Shown here in pieces: positions 48,926 through 60,800 of a stretch of DNA of 64,000 nt (the first letter of the stretch is position 1; every line of letters starts with the position of its first letter). Under the pieces are notes generated by a model that was given only the letters and a program-made list of their open reading frames with translations, had not been told where the DNA came from and made no database searches. The position numbers were made by a program, and so were the translations under genes. Source of the DNA: Mycoplasma sp. CAG:956 (GTDB taxonomy: Bacteria > Bacillota_I > Bacilli_A > RF39 > UBA660); NCBI GenBank assembly GCA_000433475.1, contig HF993109.1, positions 133,712 through 197,711 of the forward strand, read 5' to 3'.

Positions 48926-49489
48926 TTATCTGCCCTTTTTTAAATGTTGTTCATAATTAATATCATTTAAACTTTTACAATATTCTTTAAAGTCATTAAT
49001 ATTATCAAAAATAGTGCCATTTATTTGTAACTGACCATTTTTAATATTTAGTAAATCCATTAATTTTAAAATTTTATCACAGGTTGCTATTTCTAATTGT
49101 TTATTAGTACTTAAAGTAGGCATCATTAAAACAAAATTATCGGGGGCTGTTCGCATAATAATACCCATGCCCTTATTTAAAAACATATTGGCAATTATAT
49201 AACGATCTAAAATACCTTCAAATTTTTCCCGAACATAAAATTTAGAACCATCCCTTAATAACAATTCGTTTATTTTACGAAAACAATTAGCATGTCCTTG
49301 TTGTTCAAAATATTTATCATCTTTTTTTGCCCCAAAATTAAGGCGAGGGTATAAATCATATTCACCATTTTCCTTAGGAATTAACACGGTAACTAAGTTA
49401 TAATGAAATGCATTGTAATATTTCTCTCTAACTTCACTAGTACTCATATAAACACCATTAAAAATCATAAAATTACTTTTAAAATCCAT
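48926..49489 (-). CDS. Hypothetical protein (187 aa), convergent with the alarmone synthetase
   Basis: RBS AGGTGA 4-5 nt before ATG; no recognised motif. Confidence 0.6.
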   Translation of the reverse strand: MDFKSNFMIFNGVYMSTSEVREKYYNAFHYNLVTVLIPKENGEYDLYPRLNFGAKKDDKYFEQQGHANCFRKINELLLRDGSKFYVREKFEGILDRYIIANMFLNKGMGIIMRTAPDNFVLMMPTLSTNKQLEIATCDKILKLMDLLNIKNGQLQINGTIFDNINDFKEYCKSLNDINYEQHLKKGR

Positions 49490-49579
49490 AATATCACCTG
49501 CAAATATTCTAACACATTATATCTAGATTTTAAAATTATTTTCTGCTAAAATACCATTTAGAAAAGGAGATAAATTTAT

Positions 49580-50719
49580 ATGAACGAAGAATTACAAATT
49601 AAAATTAAAAATAATATGAATCATGATAATTTTTTAAGCCCTTTGGCATGTCTAAATAAAGATGCCATCCGCTTGCACGAAGAAAAAGAAGACATTAGAC
49701 CACCATATTTTCATGATACAGACCGTATTATATATTCGCTTGCCTACACCCGTTATATAAATAAGACCCAAGTATTTACCAATACTTTAAATGACAATGT
49801 TACAAGACGCAGTACTCATGTTCAATTAGTAAGCAAAATTGCTCGTACTATTGGTAGAGCCCTAGGGCTCAATGAAGATTTAATCGAAGCAGCCAGTCTT
49901 GGTCATGATATTGGTCATACGCCTTTTGGCCATGCTGGTGAGGCCATATTAAATGAAATATCTCTAAGAGTAGGGGAAGGCTATTTTAATCATAACATTC
50001 AAAGTGTTCGTAAACTAGAATTTATTGAAAATAAAGGCAATGGACTAAATTTAACTATGCAAGTAGTAGATGCTATTATGTGTCATAATGGTGAATTAGA
50101 ATTAGAATGTTACCGTCCCAAAAAGAAAACATTTCAAGATTTTTTAAGTGAATACTCAAAAACTTACTACGAAAAAGATGCCAATGCATCACTTATTCCG
50201 TGTACCTTAGAAGGATGTGTAGTAAGAATCAGTGATATTATTTCTTATATTGGTCGTGATATTGAAGATGCCTTAAGACTTCATATAATTACTAAGCATG
50301 ATTTACCTAAGGATATCATGACAACAACAGGCTATACTAATAAAGAAATTGTCAATTATTTTATTAGAGATGTTATTAATAACAGTTTTGGCAAAGACTA
50401 TATCAAAATGAGTAAAGAAGCTTTTGAAAACTTAAAAAAATTAAAAAAGTTTAATTATGAACATATTTATAGCAAAGCTAATTCTAAAGAAACTTTAAAT
50501 AAATGGCATGACATGATGGAAAAAGTATTCGCTAAATCTTTAAAAGACCTAAAAGAAGAAAATGAGACTAGTGACATTTATATTTATTTTTATAAATATA
50601 TGAGCGATGATTATAAAAAGAACACTACTAAAGAAAGAGTTGTAATTGACTACATTTCAGGAATGACAGACCGTTTTTTTATTGCTTCATATGAAAAAGC
50701 TCTTACAGATAATGAATAG
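49580..50719 (+). CDS. HD-domain dGTP triphosphohydrolase-like protein (Dgt family)
   Basis: RBS AAAGGAGA; RRSTHVQLVSKIARTIGRALGLNEDLIEAASLGHDIGHTPFGHAGE (H..HD..H metal-binding core). Confidence 0.8.
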   Translation: MNEELQIKIKNNMNHDNFLSPLACLNKDAIRLHEEKEDIRPPYFHDTDRIIYSLAYTRYINKTQVFTNTLNDNVTRRSTHVQLVSKIARTIGRALGLNEDLIEAASLGHDIGHTPFGHAGEAILNEISLRVGEGYFNHNIQSVRKLEFIENKGNGLNLTMQVVDAIMCHNGELELECYRPKKKTFQDFLSEYSKTYYEKDANASLIPCTLEGCVVRISDIISYIGRDIEDALRLHIITKHDLPKDIMTTTGYTNKEIVNYFIRDVINNSFGKDYIKMSKEAFENLKKLKKFNYEHIYSKANSKETLNKWHDMMEKVFAKSLKDLKEENETSDIYIYFYKYMSDDYKKNTTKERVVIDYISGMTDRFFIASYEKALTDNE

Positions 50720-50906
50720 TTAATTTATTATTTATATTATTATGTAAATTATATAAAAGACTATTTCATTAAATCAAACTAAAATACTCATTTCTTTTTA
50801 AAATACTATCAAACACTATAATCTTTTAAAACAATTCATAAATATTATAAAGTTAAATTGACTTTTTAAACTTTTAATAAGATAATATAAGTAGAGGTGA
50901 ATTACT

Positions 50907-52661
50907 TTGCAAAAGAAAGAAAAAAACTTAACCATAACTCAAGAGGAAATCGAAAGTAACCATATTGTTAAATCAACTAAGTCTTATTTAATAGTATTTA
51001 GTATTTTATTTCTATCTATTTTATTACTGTTAGTAGGTAGTCTTTTCCGTACTAATATTACCCCTGATTATCCAATTGTATTTAAGGGAGCTGATAATCG
51101 TTTAATGGTAATAACTCGTAATAACGATGTTAATGATATAACCAATATTGAAGAAACGGATATAGTCTATGCTAATAGTGATGTTAGATATATCCTTTAT
51201 ACTGATAAGAATACATTATATCTTCTAGATACTACCAGTACAAATAACAAAAAAATCTTAACTAATAATGCTAATAGTTATGGCTTTAGTAGTGATGATA
51301 AATATGTTTATTATATAGAAAACAACAAAGATCTTCATCTTTATAACAGAAAAACTGCTTCTGATACTCTTATTGATACCGATGTAACAAAATTTTTAGA
51401 CATTTCTTTAAACTATGCTATATATGAAAAAGATAATTGCCTAATTGTAAAAGATATTGAAACTGGTTCTTCAGATATAGCAGCCAAGTCTTATGAAGAA
51501 ATTATTCTAAGTAAAGATGGTAAAAAGATGCTTTATTCTAATTTAAATACAGATGAATCTTTAAATTACTATTTATATAATTTTGTTGATTCTAGTAATG
51601 AACGTATTCTAACTGATATCGAAGAACTATTAAGTTACAATGCCAATTTTACTAAATTTATCTATACTACTAAAACTACTGATACAATAAATATTTATAA
51701 TAACATTAAAGATAGCAAAGCTAGTAGTGATAAAAAATTTGTGGCTTTAGACAAAGATAGTGTAACTAAAGAAGAATACGAAGCTAATCAAAAATTAGAA
51801 GCAGAAATAAATTTACGTAACGAAATGCGTGATTATGCCAAAAACTATACTGTTAGTGCTTATGATGTTTATTATCAAAACAATCAAACCAAAACTTTAC
51901 TAGCCAGCAGTGTTAATAAAGTTTACATAAATGATATAACAGACCGTAAATTAATCTATACAAAAATGAATTGGAATAGTAATTTTGACTTAGCAAGTTA
52001 TACATCCTTAGAAGAGTTTAAAAAAGACATTGAAACTAATAAAGAAAATGGACTTTACTATAAAGTAATTGATACTGAAGCTTCTCTTGTAAAAGAAAAT
52101 GTCAACGAAACTCTAGTGGTTGAGTTACTAAGTGGCGATGGTATTTATTTTAGTGAAGATAATAATTTATATTACAGTAAAGTTACCAATAAAAAAGCTG
52201 GTGCTTATAAACTAGTAGCGGAAAATCTAATTAATCCTATAAAAGATATGACTAGTGATGTTGGCTTAATTTATTTAGTTAAAGAAAATGATACTAATAC
52301 TTTAAAATATATTAGTGGTGGTAAATCAAGCATTATCAGTACTAATGTTTATCCAGAATACATAACAATTTCAGAAACAGAAAATGCTATTTATTATTTA
52401 AAAGATTATGAAAATAATCAAGGAAAATTAATGCTTTATAACGGCATTATTAATAGTAAGATTGCTGATGGTGTTAATTCATTCATTTATATTAATGATG
52501 ACTTAATGTATGCAACTAAAAACTTTGATGAAAAGAGTAGTACATGCGATTTATATCGCTTAAATGGTAGTAAATTAACTTTAGTTTATAAGGGAGTTTC
52601 AAAATGGTATAATCCTATTGCCAAAGAAAGTACTAACGATGAAAAAGCCCTAGCTAATTAG
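50907..52661 (+). CDS. N-terminally membrane-anchored hypothetical protein (584 aa)
   Basis: TTG start after GAGGTGA RBS; TM YLIVFSILFLSILLLLVGSLF; large extracytoplasmic domain. Confidence 0.6.
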   Translation: MQKKEKNLTITQEEIESNHIVKSTKSYLIVFSILFLSILLLLVGSLFRTNITPDYPIVFKGADNRLMVITRNNDVNDITNIEETDIVYANSDVRYILYTDKNTLYLLDTTSTNNKKILTNNANSYGFSSDDKYVYYIENNKDLHLYNRKTASDTLIDTDVTKFLDISLNYAIYEKDNCLIVKDIETGSSDIAAKSYEEIILSKDGKKMLYSNLNTDESLNYYLYNFVDSSNERILTDIEELLSYNANFTKFIYTTKTTDTINIYNNIKDSKASSDKKFVALDKDSVTKEEYEANQKLEAEINLRNEMRDYAKNYTVSAYDVYYQNNQTKTLLASSVNKVYINDITDRKLIYTKMNWNSNFDLASYTSLEEFKKDIETNKENGLYYKVIDTEASLVKENVNETLVVELLSGDGIYFSEDNNLYYSKVTNKKAGAYKLVAENLINPIKDMTSDVGLIYLVKENDTNTLKYISGGKSSIISTNVYPEYITISETENAIYYLKDYENNQGKLMLYNGIINSKIADGVNSFIYINDDLMYATKNFDEKSSTCDLYRLNGSKLTLVYKGVSKWYNPIAKESTNDEKALAN

Positions 52662-52757
52662 GACTTTTTTGTTTAAAATTTTAAAAAATGTAAATAATAA
52701 GAAAGAAGGAGAATAATTAATTAAAGAGCAGTACCATTTGATTAATTAAAACTAATT

Positions 52758-54038
52758 ATGGAATATAAAAATTATAAACACGATACATATACATTTTATA
52801 CAATAAAAACAGATAAATTTAAAACTTGTCATTTAGAAATAATATTTAAAAATAAAATAAATAAGGAAGAAATAACTTTATTAAACCTTTTAGGTACTTA
52901 TCTTGCTTATACTTCTAAAAAATATCCTAAACGACGTGATGTTATTGAAGCTCTAGAAGATCTTTATGATACTAACTTTTATGAAACAAATGCGAGAGTA
53001 GGTCAAAATATCTTTGCTTCCTTTATAATGGACTTTTTAGATCCAACTTACTGTGAAAAGAAATTCTTGGATGAAGTTTTAGCTTTTCCTTTTGAATTTA
53101 TCTTTAATCCAAACTTTAAAAATACAATTCCTGATAAGAAAATCTTTGAAGTAATTATCAATATGGTTAAAAGTTCAATTCTTAGTAGTAAAGATAGTCC
53201 AACTAACTATGCCTTTAAACAGGCATTCAAGACTTTAGGAGCAAATAATCCTGCTAGTTTCGACATGAATGGAGATTTAGAAATTTTAAAAAATGTAACT
53301 CCAGAAGATTTATATAACTATTATCAAAAATTCTTAAAAGAGTTTAGCTGTGATATTTATATTATTGGTAATTTAGATATGGAACATGTTGATATGAAAA
53401 TAGCTGAAAACTTTAAAAATAATTATGTTGCTCCAGCAATTACTGATTATTACTTAAATTACCCTTTAAATAGAAAAGTAATTGATAAGTGTGAGATTGG
53501 ACCATATGAACAATCATCATTTATTATGCTTTATAAAACTGATATGCTGACTGAAAAAGAAAAAAATTATGTTATTCATTATTTTAATTCAATCTTTGGT
53601 AGCGGTTCTTTAAACAATAAATTAAATCAATACTTGCGTGAAGATAATGGCTTATGTTACAGTACCTATAGTGCTTATCAAAAAATTGACAACTTATTTA
53701 TTGTATATGCTGGTATCGATGCGGAAAATAAAGATACATGTGTTAAATTAGTAAAGAAGGCTCTAAAAGAAATGCAACAGGGAAAATTTGCTTTAGAAGA
53801 AATAACATTTGCTAAAGAAAATTTAAGAAATCAAATAAAGATGAGTTTAGATACCGAAACAAGCATTTTAGATAATTATGTATTTCATAATTTAATTAAC
53901 TCCCCATTACTTAGTGAACGCATCAAAGAAATTGAAAATGTCACTAAAGAAGAAATTATTGCTTTGGCTAAGAAGATAAAATTAAATTCTATCTATTTAC
54001 TAGGAGGTTCTAATGTTAAAGAAAATCAAAATAAATAA
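52758..54038 (+). CDS. M16 (insulinase/pitrilysin) family protein, non-catalytic partner (no HxxEH)
   Basis: M16-like size, overlaps (26 nt) and is coupled to the catalytic M16 gene; lacks the zinc motif. Confidence 0.55.
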   Translation: MEYKNYKHDTYTFYTIKTDKFKTCHLEIIFKNKINKEEITLLNLLGTYLAYTSKKYPKRRDVIEALEDLYDTNFYETNARVGQNIFASFIMDFLDPTYCEKKFLDEVLAFPFEFIFNPNFKNTIPDKKIFEVIINMVKSSILSSKDSPTNYAFKQAFKTLGANNPASFDMNGDLEILKNVTPEDLYNYYQKFLKEFSCDIYIIGNLDMEHVDMKIAENFKNNYVAPAITDYYLNYPLNRKVIDKCEIGPYEQSSFIMLYKTDMLTEKEKNYVIHYFNSIFGSGSLNNKLNQYLREDNGLCYSTYSAYQKIDNLFIVYAGIDAENKDTCVKLVKKALKEMQQGKFALEEITFAKENLRNQIKMSLDTETSILDNYVFHNLINSPLLSERIKEIENVTKEEIIALAKKIKLNSIYLLGGSNVKENQNK

Positions 54039-55311
54039 ATATAACGAAACCATTTATTATGAAAAATTAGATAATGGGTTAGATGTATATATGTGGCCAA
54101 ATAATAATGTTAGTAGTTATTATGCCACTTTATCAGTTAAATACGGTAGTGTAGATACAAATTTTAAAATCAAAAATAAGACTTATGAAGTATCAAAAGG
54201 TATTGCACATTTTCTTGAACATGTTAAATTTAATGAAGGACCAAATAGAACAGCACATGAATATTTTAATAAACTAGGTTCATCTATAAATGCTTTTACA
54301 ACTTTTGATTATACTTCTTATGAAGTAACAGCAACTGATAAAATTAAAGAAAATATTACTCATTTACTTGATTATGTCCAGACTCCTTACTTTACGAAGG
54401 AACTAATTGAAAAAGAAAGAAAGATTATTCTTTCTGAAGTAAAAATGGGTAAAAATAATCCTTATCAAGTTTTATACTATACATTAAATGGATCCGTATT
54501 TTCAAACGATAATCATCGTTACTATGTTACTGGTGATATTGATGATGTAAAAAATATAACTTTAGATGAAATAAATTTAGTTTATAATACGTTTTATCAT
54601 CCAAGTAATATGTTTTTGACTGTAACTGGTAATTTTGATCCTGAATATCTAAGTGTTGTTATCAAAGAAAATCAAAATAATAAAGAATTTAAAACGTATT
54701 TAGAACCAGAAAAAATAAAAGAAAAAGAACCAGAAAGAGTTGCAGTTCGTGGTATTGATATAGCAGGTAATATAGCTTTACCTAAATTAAAACTAGCTTA
54801 TAAAATAAAAAAAGATTTATTTGGTGATTTATCTGATTTAGAAAAACTATTATATATTCGTATTATTTTAAATGCTAACTTTGGAACGACTAGTCTTTTG
54901 AAAGAAAGGTTATTAGAAAGTAATTTAGTAACTAAACTAAGTACAAGTGCTACTATCGTAGGAGATTACGTTGAAATAGTTATTAGCTCAGAAACTAATT
55001 ATCCAAATGAAATAATTAAAATATTAAAAGAAACATATAGTAATATGGATATTACCAAAAAACGTTTAGAAAGAAGAATACGTTGTAATATTGCAGATTT
55101 TATTTATGGATTAGATGATATAGAATATACTAATACTGTAATTCAAGATAATATAATAATGTATGGTAAATTAATACCTAATACCTATGATATAATTAAT
55201 AGTTTAAATGTTTTAGTAGCAAATAAAATTATTAAAACAATGCAAACTGAAAATAACTGCTTTGTAATTATGCACCCAATAAGTAAAGAAGAACAATCTA
55301 TCAGTGCTTAG
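54013..55311 (+). CDS. M16 family zinc peptidase, catalytic subunit
   Basis: RBS AGGAGG; inverted zincin motif GIAHFLEHVKF with downstream ELIEKERKIILSEV. Confidence 0.75.
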   Translation: MLKKIKINKYNETIYYEKLDNGLDVYMWPNNNVSSYYATLSVKYGSVDTNFKIKNKTYEVSKGIAHFLEHVKFNEGPNRTAHEYFNKLGSSINAFTTFDYTSYEVTATDKIKENITHLLDYVQTPYFTKELIEKERKIILSEVKMGKNNPYQVLYYTLNGSVFSNDNHRYYVTGDIDDVKNITLDEINLVYNTFYHPSNMFLTVTGNFDPEYLSVVIKENQNNKEFKTYLEPEKIKEKEPERVAVRGIDIAGNIALPKLKLAYKIKKDLFGDLSDLEKLLYIRIILNANFGTTSLLKERLLESNLVTKLSTSATIVGDYVEIVISSETNYPNEIIKILKETYSNMDITKKRLERRIRCNIADFIYGLDDIEYTNTVIQDNIIMYGKLIPNTYDIINSLNVLVANKIIKTMQTENNCFVIMHPISKEEQSISA

Positions 55312-55341
55312 ATTGTTCTTTTCATATATTTATGATAAATA

Positions 55342-55368
55342 AAAAACTCTCAGTTGGAGAGTTTTTTT
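55342..55368. terminator. Bidirectional terminator between M16 operon and rpsD
   Basis: aaaaaCTCTC-agttg-GAGAGttttttt. Confidence 0.6.
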
Positions 55369-55369
55369 A

Positions 55370-55972
55370 CTATCTGTTGTAATATTCAACGATTAATGCT
55401 TCATTAATATCAGGATTTAATTCGCTTCTATCTGGATAACGAAGATATTTTCCTGTTAATTTATTAGCATCAAATTCAACATAAGCAGGTCTATTTAAAG
55501 TAGCTTCAACAGCAGCTTTAATAGCAGGATGGTCTAAAGATTGTTCTTTAACAGCGATAACATCACCAGGTTTTACTGTATATGAAGGAATATCAACTTT
55601 GATACCATTAACAGTAATATGACCATGATTTACAATTTGACGAGCAGCACGACGAGTAGTAGCCATTCCCATACGGTAAACTACATTATCAAGTCTTGTT
55701 TCAAGAAGTTGAAGTAAGTTTTCACCAGTAATACCAGCCATTTTAGTAGCACGTTTAAATGTTTTAGCAAATTGTTTTTCATTTAAACCATACATAAATC
55801 TTACTTTTTGTTTTTCTTGTAACTGAACACCATATTCACTTAGTTTTCTTCTTCTATCTTGTCCATGAATACCAGGAGCATAAGGTCTTTTTGCAAGTTC
55901 CTTACCATTTTCTAAAGTAGAAAAACCAAGATGACGTGATTTCTTATATTGAGCACCAGTGTATCTTGCCAT
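55370..55972 (-). CDS. rpsD: 30S ribosomal protein S4
   Basis: [16 protein letters not shown]...; 200 aa; RBS AAGGAG. Confidence 0.95.
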   Translation of the reverse strand: MARYTGAQYKKSRHLGFSTLENGKELAKRPYAPGIHGQDRRRKLSEYGVQLQEKQKVRFMYGLNEKQFAKTFKRATKMAGITGENLLQLLETRLDNVVYRMGMATTRRAARQIVNHGHITVNGIKVDIPSYTVKPGDVIAVKEQSLDHPAIKAAVEATLNRPAYVEFDANKLTGKYLRYPDRSELNPDINEALIVEYYNR

Positions 55973-56265
55973 AAATAATTCTCCTTTCTTTATATTTGCT
56001 TTTACTTAGTACGAGCCATCATTAAATAGGGGAGTCTATCTAGATATTTTCTCATAGGCAGAGATAGATACTAATAACCATTTCTGGGATAGACACATCT
56101 ACTAAACTTTGGCACTGCCAATTAAATGCAAGAATAATTTATCATATCCTTAATTATAAGTCAATTAAACTATGAAAATTTGTACAAATTTGTCAGAATA
56201 AATTGTTTTTTTAATGAAAAAATGATATTCTTATATTAGTTATGATAGAGAAGGACAGTGTATGT

Positions 56266-57123
56266 ATGAAAAATAAATTGAAAATAAATTTTAAAGACAA
56301 AAAGACTATTATTATCTCCATATTATTAGGACTTATCTTAATTAGCCTAATAATATTTATTTGTACAAAGGTATTTCATAAAGATAAAGAATTGACTCCA
56401 GATGATCCAACAACAAAAGAATTTGAAAATTATTTAAAAGATGCTATAAAACCTTTTGATGAAGATACTATAAAAGATTTTATTAGTAGTACTGATAATG
56501 TTGCCAACGTTGATGAAATATACTTAGCAACAACTCATTCTGCTGATATAGATAAAGAAGTAAAAATCTTATATACATTAAGTAGAATGTTTTATAACGA
56601 TTCTGATATAGTTCATTATATGTCAGGAGCTAATATGTTTGATGAAGATACTGAACTTGGCAATGTAAAACTATCGATTAAATTCATTAACAAAGCTCTA
56701 GCAGCTAAATTTAATGATACAACCATTGATCCAGATACAACAATTACCGATGGCTTTTTTAGAGGAATAAATGCTGTTATTTGTGATGATACATATTGCA
56801 TAATTCCAATATCTAAAACCCAAGAAACTTCTAATGAATCAGATGGATTGTATGAAAGTGTATTTGAAAACATAACCAAAACTTCAAATGGTTATGAATT
56901 AGTAGGTAAATACTATTATTCTGAATTTAGTATGGATGGAGATATGACTTTAGGTGTTTATAATAATATCTTTAAAGAAAAAACTTTCTGTGAAGTATCG
57001 CTTTGGAATGTTTACTTAACCGATGGCGAAGTACCAGAAGAATGTCAAAAAGATAGTGAATATGATAAAGTTAAATACTATTTCGATAAAAACTATCACT
57101 TTATTAAATCAGAAAATGTGTAA
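56266..57123 (+). CDS. N-terminally membrane-anchored hypothetical protein
   Basis: ATG 56266 after GAAGGA; TM IISILLGLILISLIIFICT; several Cys in extracytoplasmic part. Confidence 0.55.
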   Translation: MKNKLKINFKDKKTIIISILLGLILISLIIFICTKVFHKDKELTPDDPTTKEFENYLKDAIKPFDEDTIKDFISSTDNVANVDEIYLATTHSADIDKEVKILYTLSRMFYNDSDIVHYMSGANMFDEDTELGNVKLSIKFINKALAAKFNDTTIDPDTTITDGFFRGINAVICDDTYCIIPISKTQETSNESDGLYESVFENITKTSNGYELVGKYYYSEFSMDGDMTLGVYNNIFKEKTFCEVSLWNVYLTDGEVPEECQKDSEYDKVKYYFDKNYHFIKSENV

Positions 57124-57138
57124 GAAAGGAGTTAAACT

Positions 57139-57855
57139 ATGAAAAAAAATTACTTTATTTTTGGAATTATTGGCTTACTTGCTTGTGTTAAAGTAAATGC
57201 TGAAGTCTGTCCTTTTGAAACCCAAGTTGCTATTAATAATGATGCTGGTTCTGTAAGTGTTAGTACTTCTCCTTTTGAATATGAATTTACTGATACCGAT
57301 ACAGAGACTGATGAAGAATATGATGGCACTGCCTACACTGGCTTAGTTCACATTTATAATTTAACTAAAAATATATATGCTGTAGCTAGTGATGGTACTA
57401 ATAAAATAACATTAAATTATGATGAGGAAAATCCTAATCAAGTAACATTTTCGACTGGTGGTATGGCATTCTTAAAAGAATATAAGATATCAATATATCC
57501 AACTAATACAAGTTGTGGCAAAACGGCTATAAGAGAACTTAATGTCACAGTTCCTAGATTAAATCGTTATTATTCATATGATTCTTGCAGCGATTATCCT
57601 GATTATTTTTATTGCCAACAATTTCTAAGTGTTGAAGATATATCGGAAGAAGATTTTGTTAACGGACTTGATGAATATGCTAAAAGTAATAAAAAGAAAA
57701 GTGATGAAAATCGCAAAGAAGGAATAATAGATGGAACTAAGGATTTTCTAAAAGATCACTGGTTAATTACTGCAATAATTACAATTGTAATTGTAGGTAG
57801 TATTGGTACATTTATATTCTTTAAAAGAAAAAAGAGAAAGGAGCATATCGTCTAA
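57139..57855 (+). CDS. Secreted protein with signal peptide and C-terminal TM anchor + basic tail
   Basis: RBS AAGGAG; SP MKKNYFIFGIIGLLACVKVNA; C-term ITAIITIVIVGSIGTFIFFKRKKRKEH. Confidence 0.6.
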   Translation: MKKNYFIFGIIGLLACVKVNAEVCPFETQVAINNDAGSVSVSTSPFEYEFTDTDTETDEEYDGTAYTGLVHIYNLTKNIYAVASDGTNKITLNYDEENPNQVTFSTGGMAFLKEYKISIYPTNTSCGKTAIRELNVTVPRLNRYYSYDSCSDYPDYFYCQQFLSVEDISEEDFVNGLDEYAKSNKKKSDENRKEGIIDGTKDFLKDHWLITAIITIVIVGSIGTFIFFKRKKRKEHIV

Positions 57856-60800
57856 TGAAAAAAAATAGTAAATTATTAAGTGTCACATTATTTTTAATAT
57901 TAACTTATTTTATTGCAATCCCCAATACTTTAGCTAAAAAGATACAATGTACATATAACAAAACTATAAATGTTGGTGGCCTAGATTCCGCTTACAATGG
58001 TAGCAAGACTATCGATTTAACCAATATTGTAAAATATTGTGATCATGATTTTGATACATCAACGGATTCAATTACTTCTGCTAAGGGTGATTATGTCAAT
58101 GCTACTGCTAAAGATAATAAAGTCACTCTATGGTATTTAAATAATTTAAAAAACGATACGACTGAAACTGAAATTACAATTAAATATAAAAAACCAGTAC
58201 CAATCGGAAGTGCTTTTGGAAGTGATTCTCATACTATTGTTGCAAAAGTTAAACTAGTAAAAACAACTCTCAAACCTGAGATTACAAAAGAAGTTACTAT
58301 TAACACTAAAGAATTAGAAATTAAAAGTTTAGTAGAAGAGTATATGAAAACACACTCAACTAATAAAGAATTTGATGAAACAAAATATAAATATAAATCT
58401 AAAAATTTAGTTAAAAATGGTAATATTGCCTTTTTAACAGGTATGCCTGGAGATATTAATAAGGTTGCTGTAGATGTTAATGCCTTAGCTAAACAGACTA
58501 ATAGCATTAGCAATAATTTGATTATTAAATATTCTTATGCTGGTACTAATTACCAATTAACTGTCCATGTTAACTATAAATATGGTTTTGGAATAACTAC
58601 AATAAATAAAAATTATAATCAAAAAGATTTTGAACATGGAAGTATAAAAATAAATCTAAAAAACGAAGTGGCAAAATCTCAAGGAAATGTTAGTTCTTCT
58701 AGAGTTACTATCGAATCAATCGATTCAGGTAATGGCTTTTTGGTTGGCAAAAAAGATACTAATGAAATAATAATATTTGCGGGCGAAGTTAAAACTTTAA
58801 AAGTAAATACAGTATCTAATCTTAATTTTAAGTATAGAATAGATGGTGGTGTTCTTAAAACTGGCATTTTTAAAGCTAATATTAGAGTAGATGGTAGCCA
58901 ATCATCTTCTAGCAAAACTGATACAGGAACAACAACTCCTGAAGAAGAGGCTTGCTACGAATTTTCTAATACTGGTATTTACTACTGGGGAACAAAAACC
59001 AATGCTGAAGCCAAAAGTCAAGGAATGATGCCTAAAATAACGACTAAGACTAAAGCTGAATGTAATGCTACAAATGCTACAAAAAAGGATACTGATGAAG
59101 AAGCAGATGCTGCCCAGACTCCCGATAGTGGTCTAGCCAGTGGAACATCATCAGTTACTGAATTAGGTGAAAATGCTTGTAAAAGTTATATTATTAGAAG
59201 AGTAAGAGGATATAACTCATCAAGTACCAAGATTCCAACATACAATGATAGCTATTTTAGAAGTGCTATTGGTTTAGCTGGTTCTGCTTATCAATATTAT
59301 TACGTTTATAAAGCAACTTATAATTGCAGTGGTTATGATAAAAATACTAATGTAACTGCTTTCTGTATTGATCCAGGAGCTAGAGGTGCTGAAAATACTG
59401 GTACTAAATATAATGTTGGTAAAACTATAGATAAAGATAAAGCCTTAGGTAAAGGTTTATATCATTTATATACATATTGGTATTTAGATCATCGCAGTGA
59501 GATAAGTTCAACCTATAGTGGTACTAGTCCAAATGGGGCTGAGGATTTAGTTGATTATGTTATTAACAATGTTGCCCGTCAATTAGTTAGCAAATATGGT
59601 GCAGCTTCTGGCATAACATTTACTAATCCTTTAAAAAACGGATATGGTAATAAGAGTCAACTTACATACGAATATAATGCTTATAAAACAAAAACAGTTG
59701 GTATTGATGCTCTAAGCTCCCTTAAGAGTAAAGAAATACTTACTAAAGTATGGCAAGATACTGATGATTATGCAAGTGGCAGAAAGAAAGATGAAAGTAA
59801 TCAAACAGATGTTAAATTCGGTATTAATCTTGATTCTTCATCAACTAAAAATAGTAAAAAAGGCTTCGATGCTGAATTTACTGTTACTATTCAAACTCAA
59901 GACAAAGATATCTTAAAAGCTATTACTGAAAATTATAAAATTACTGCTACCGTAGTAGAAAATGGTACAGAAAAAGATATTACGGATGGTATAACTAGTT
60001 CAATCGATGAATCAGGATGGCAAACAAGTAGTGATGGTACAACTATGACAGCTAAGTTCAAAGCATCCGCTGAAGACATCTATAGTTATGTCTCAGAAAG
60101 TGCTATTGATAATGTTAAAATTAACTTTAACATTCATTATTCTGACAAACGTTCAATCAATAATATCATGTATTTAACACCAACTGGTGGTAAATATCAA
60201 AAATTTATTTCTTTCTTAAATGGTACTATTGATACTAAACGTTCTGTATCAATTGAAATGGGTAAGCAAGAAGTTAACAATTGTCGTCCAACATTTGCTA
60301 TGCCATGTGTTGATAAAGAAACTGTTGTATATTTAATTGAAGGAACTCAATCTGGAACATTATATAATACCGTTATGAATGGTATTAAGTCTGCTGGTGA
60401 TGTTAAAAATATTATAAGTAATGCTTATAACATGGTTAAATCATTACTTGATAATGGTCTTAGTGGTTTAGGTGATTCTGAATTAAAATTAATTAGTAGT
60501 TTTATTTACAATATTGCTGATAAAGTAAATATTACTGGTAATATAAAAAATGAACTTTCATTCTTACAAACTTTAGGAAATAACGGTAATAATACTGCTA
60601 AACAATTATATCAATTATTAACCAATACACAATTTACATCAGACAGTAAACAAAACTATACTCAATTACAAAGTTTATTTGTAAGTAGCATTTTAAATGC
60701 TTTAACTGGTGGGTATGATAAATTAGTTAGTGAATGGCAAGAAATCCTTGCTACTGCCGAAAAACAAGTATCAAACAGTAAGCTTTCAAAATCAACTTAC

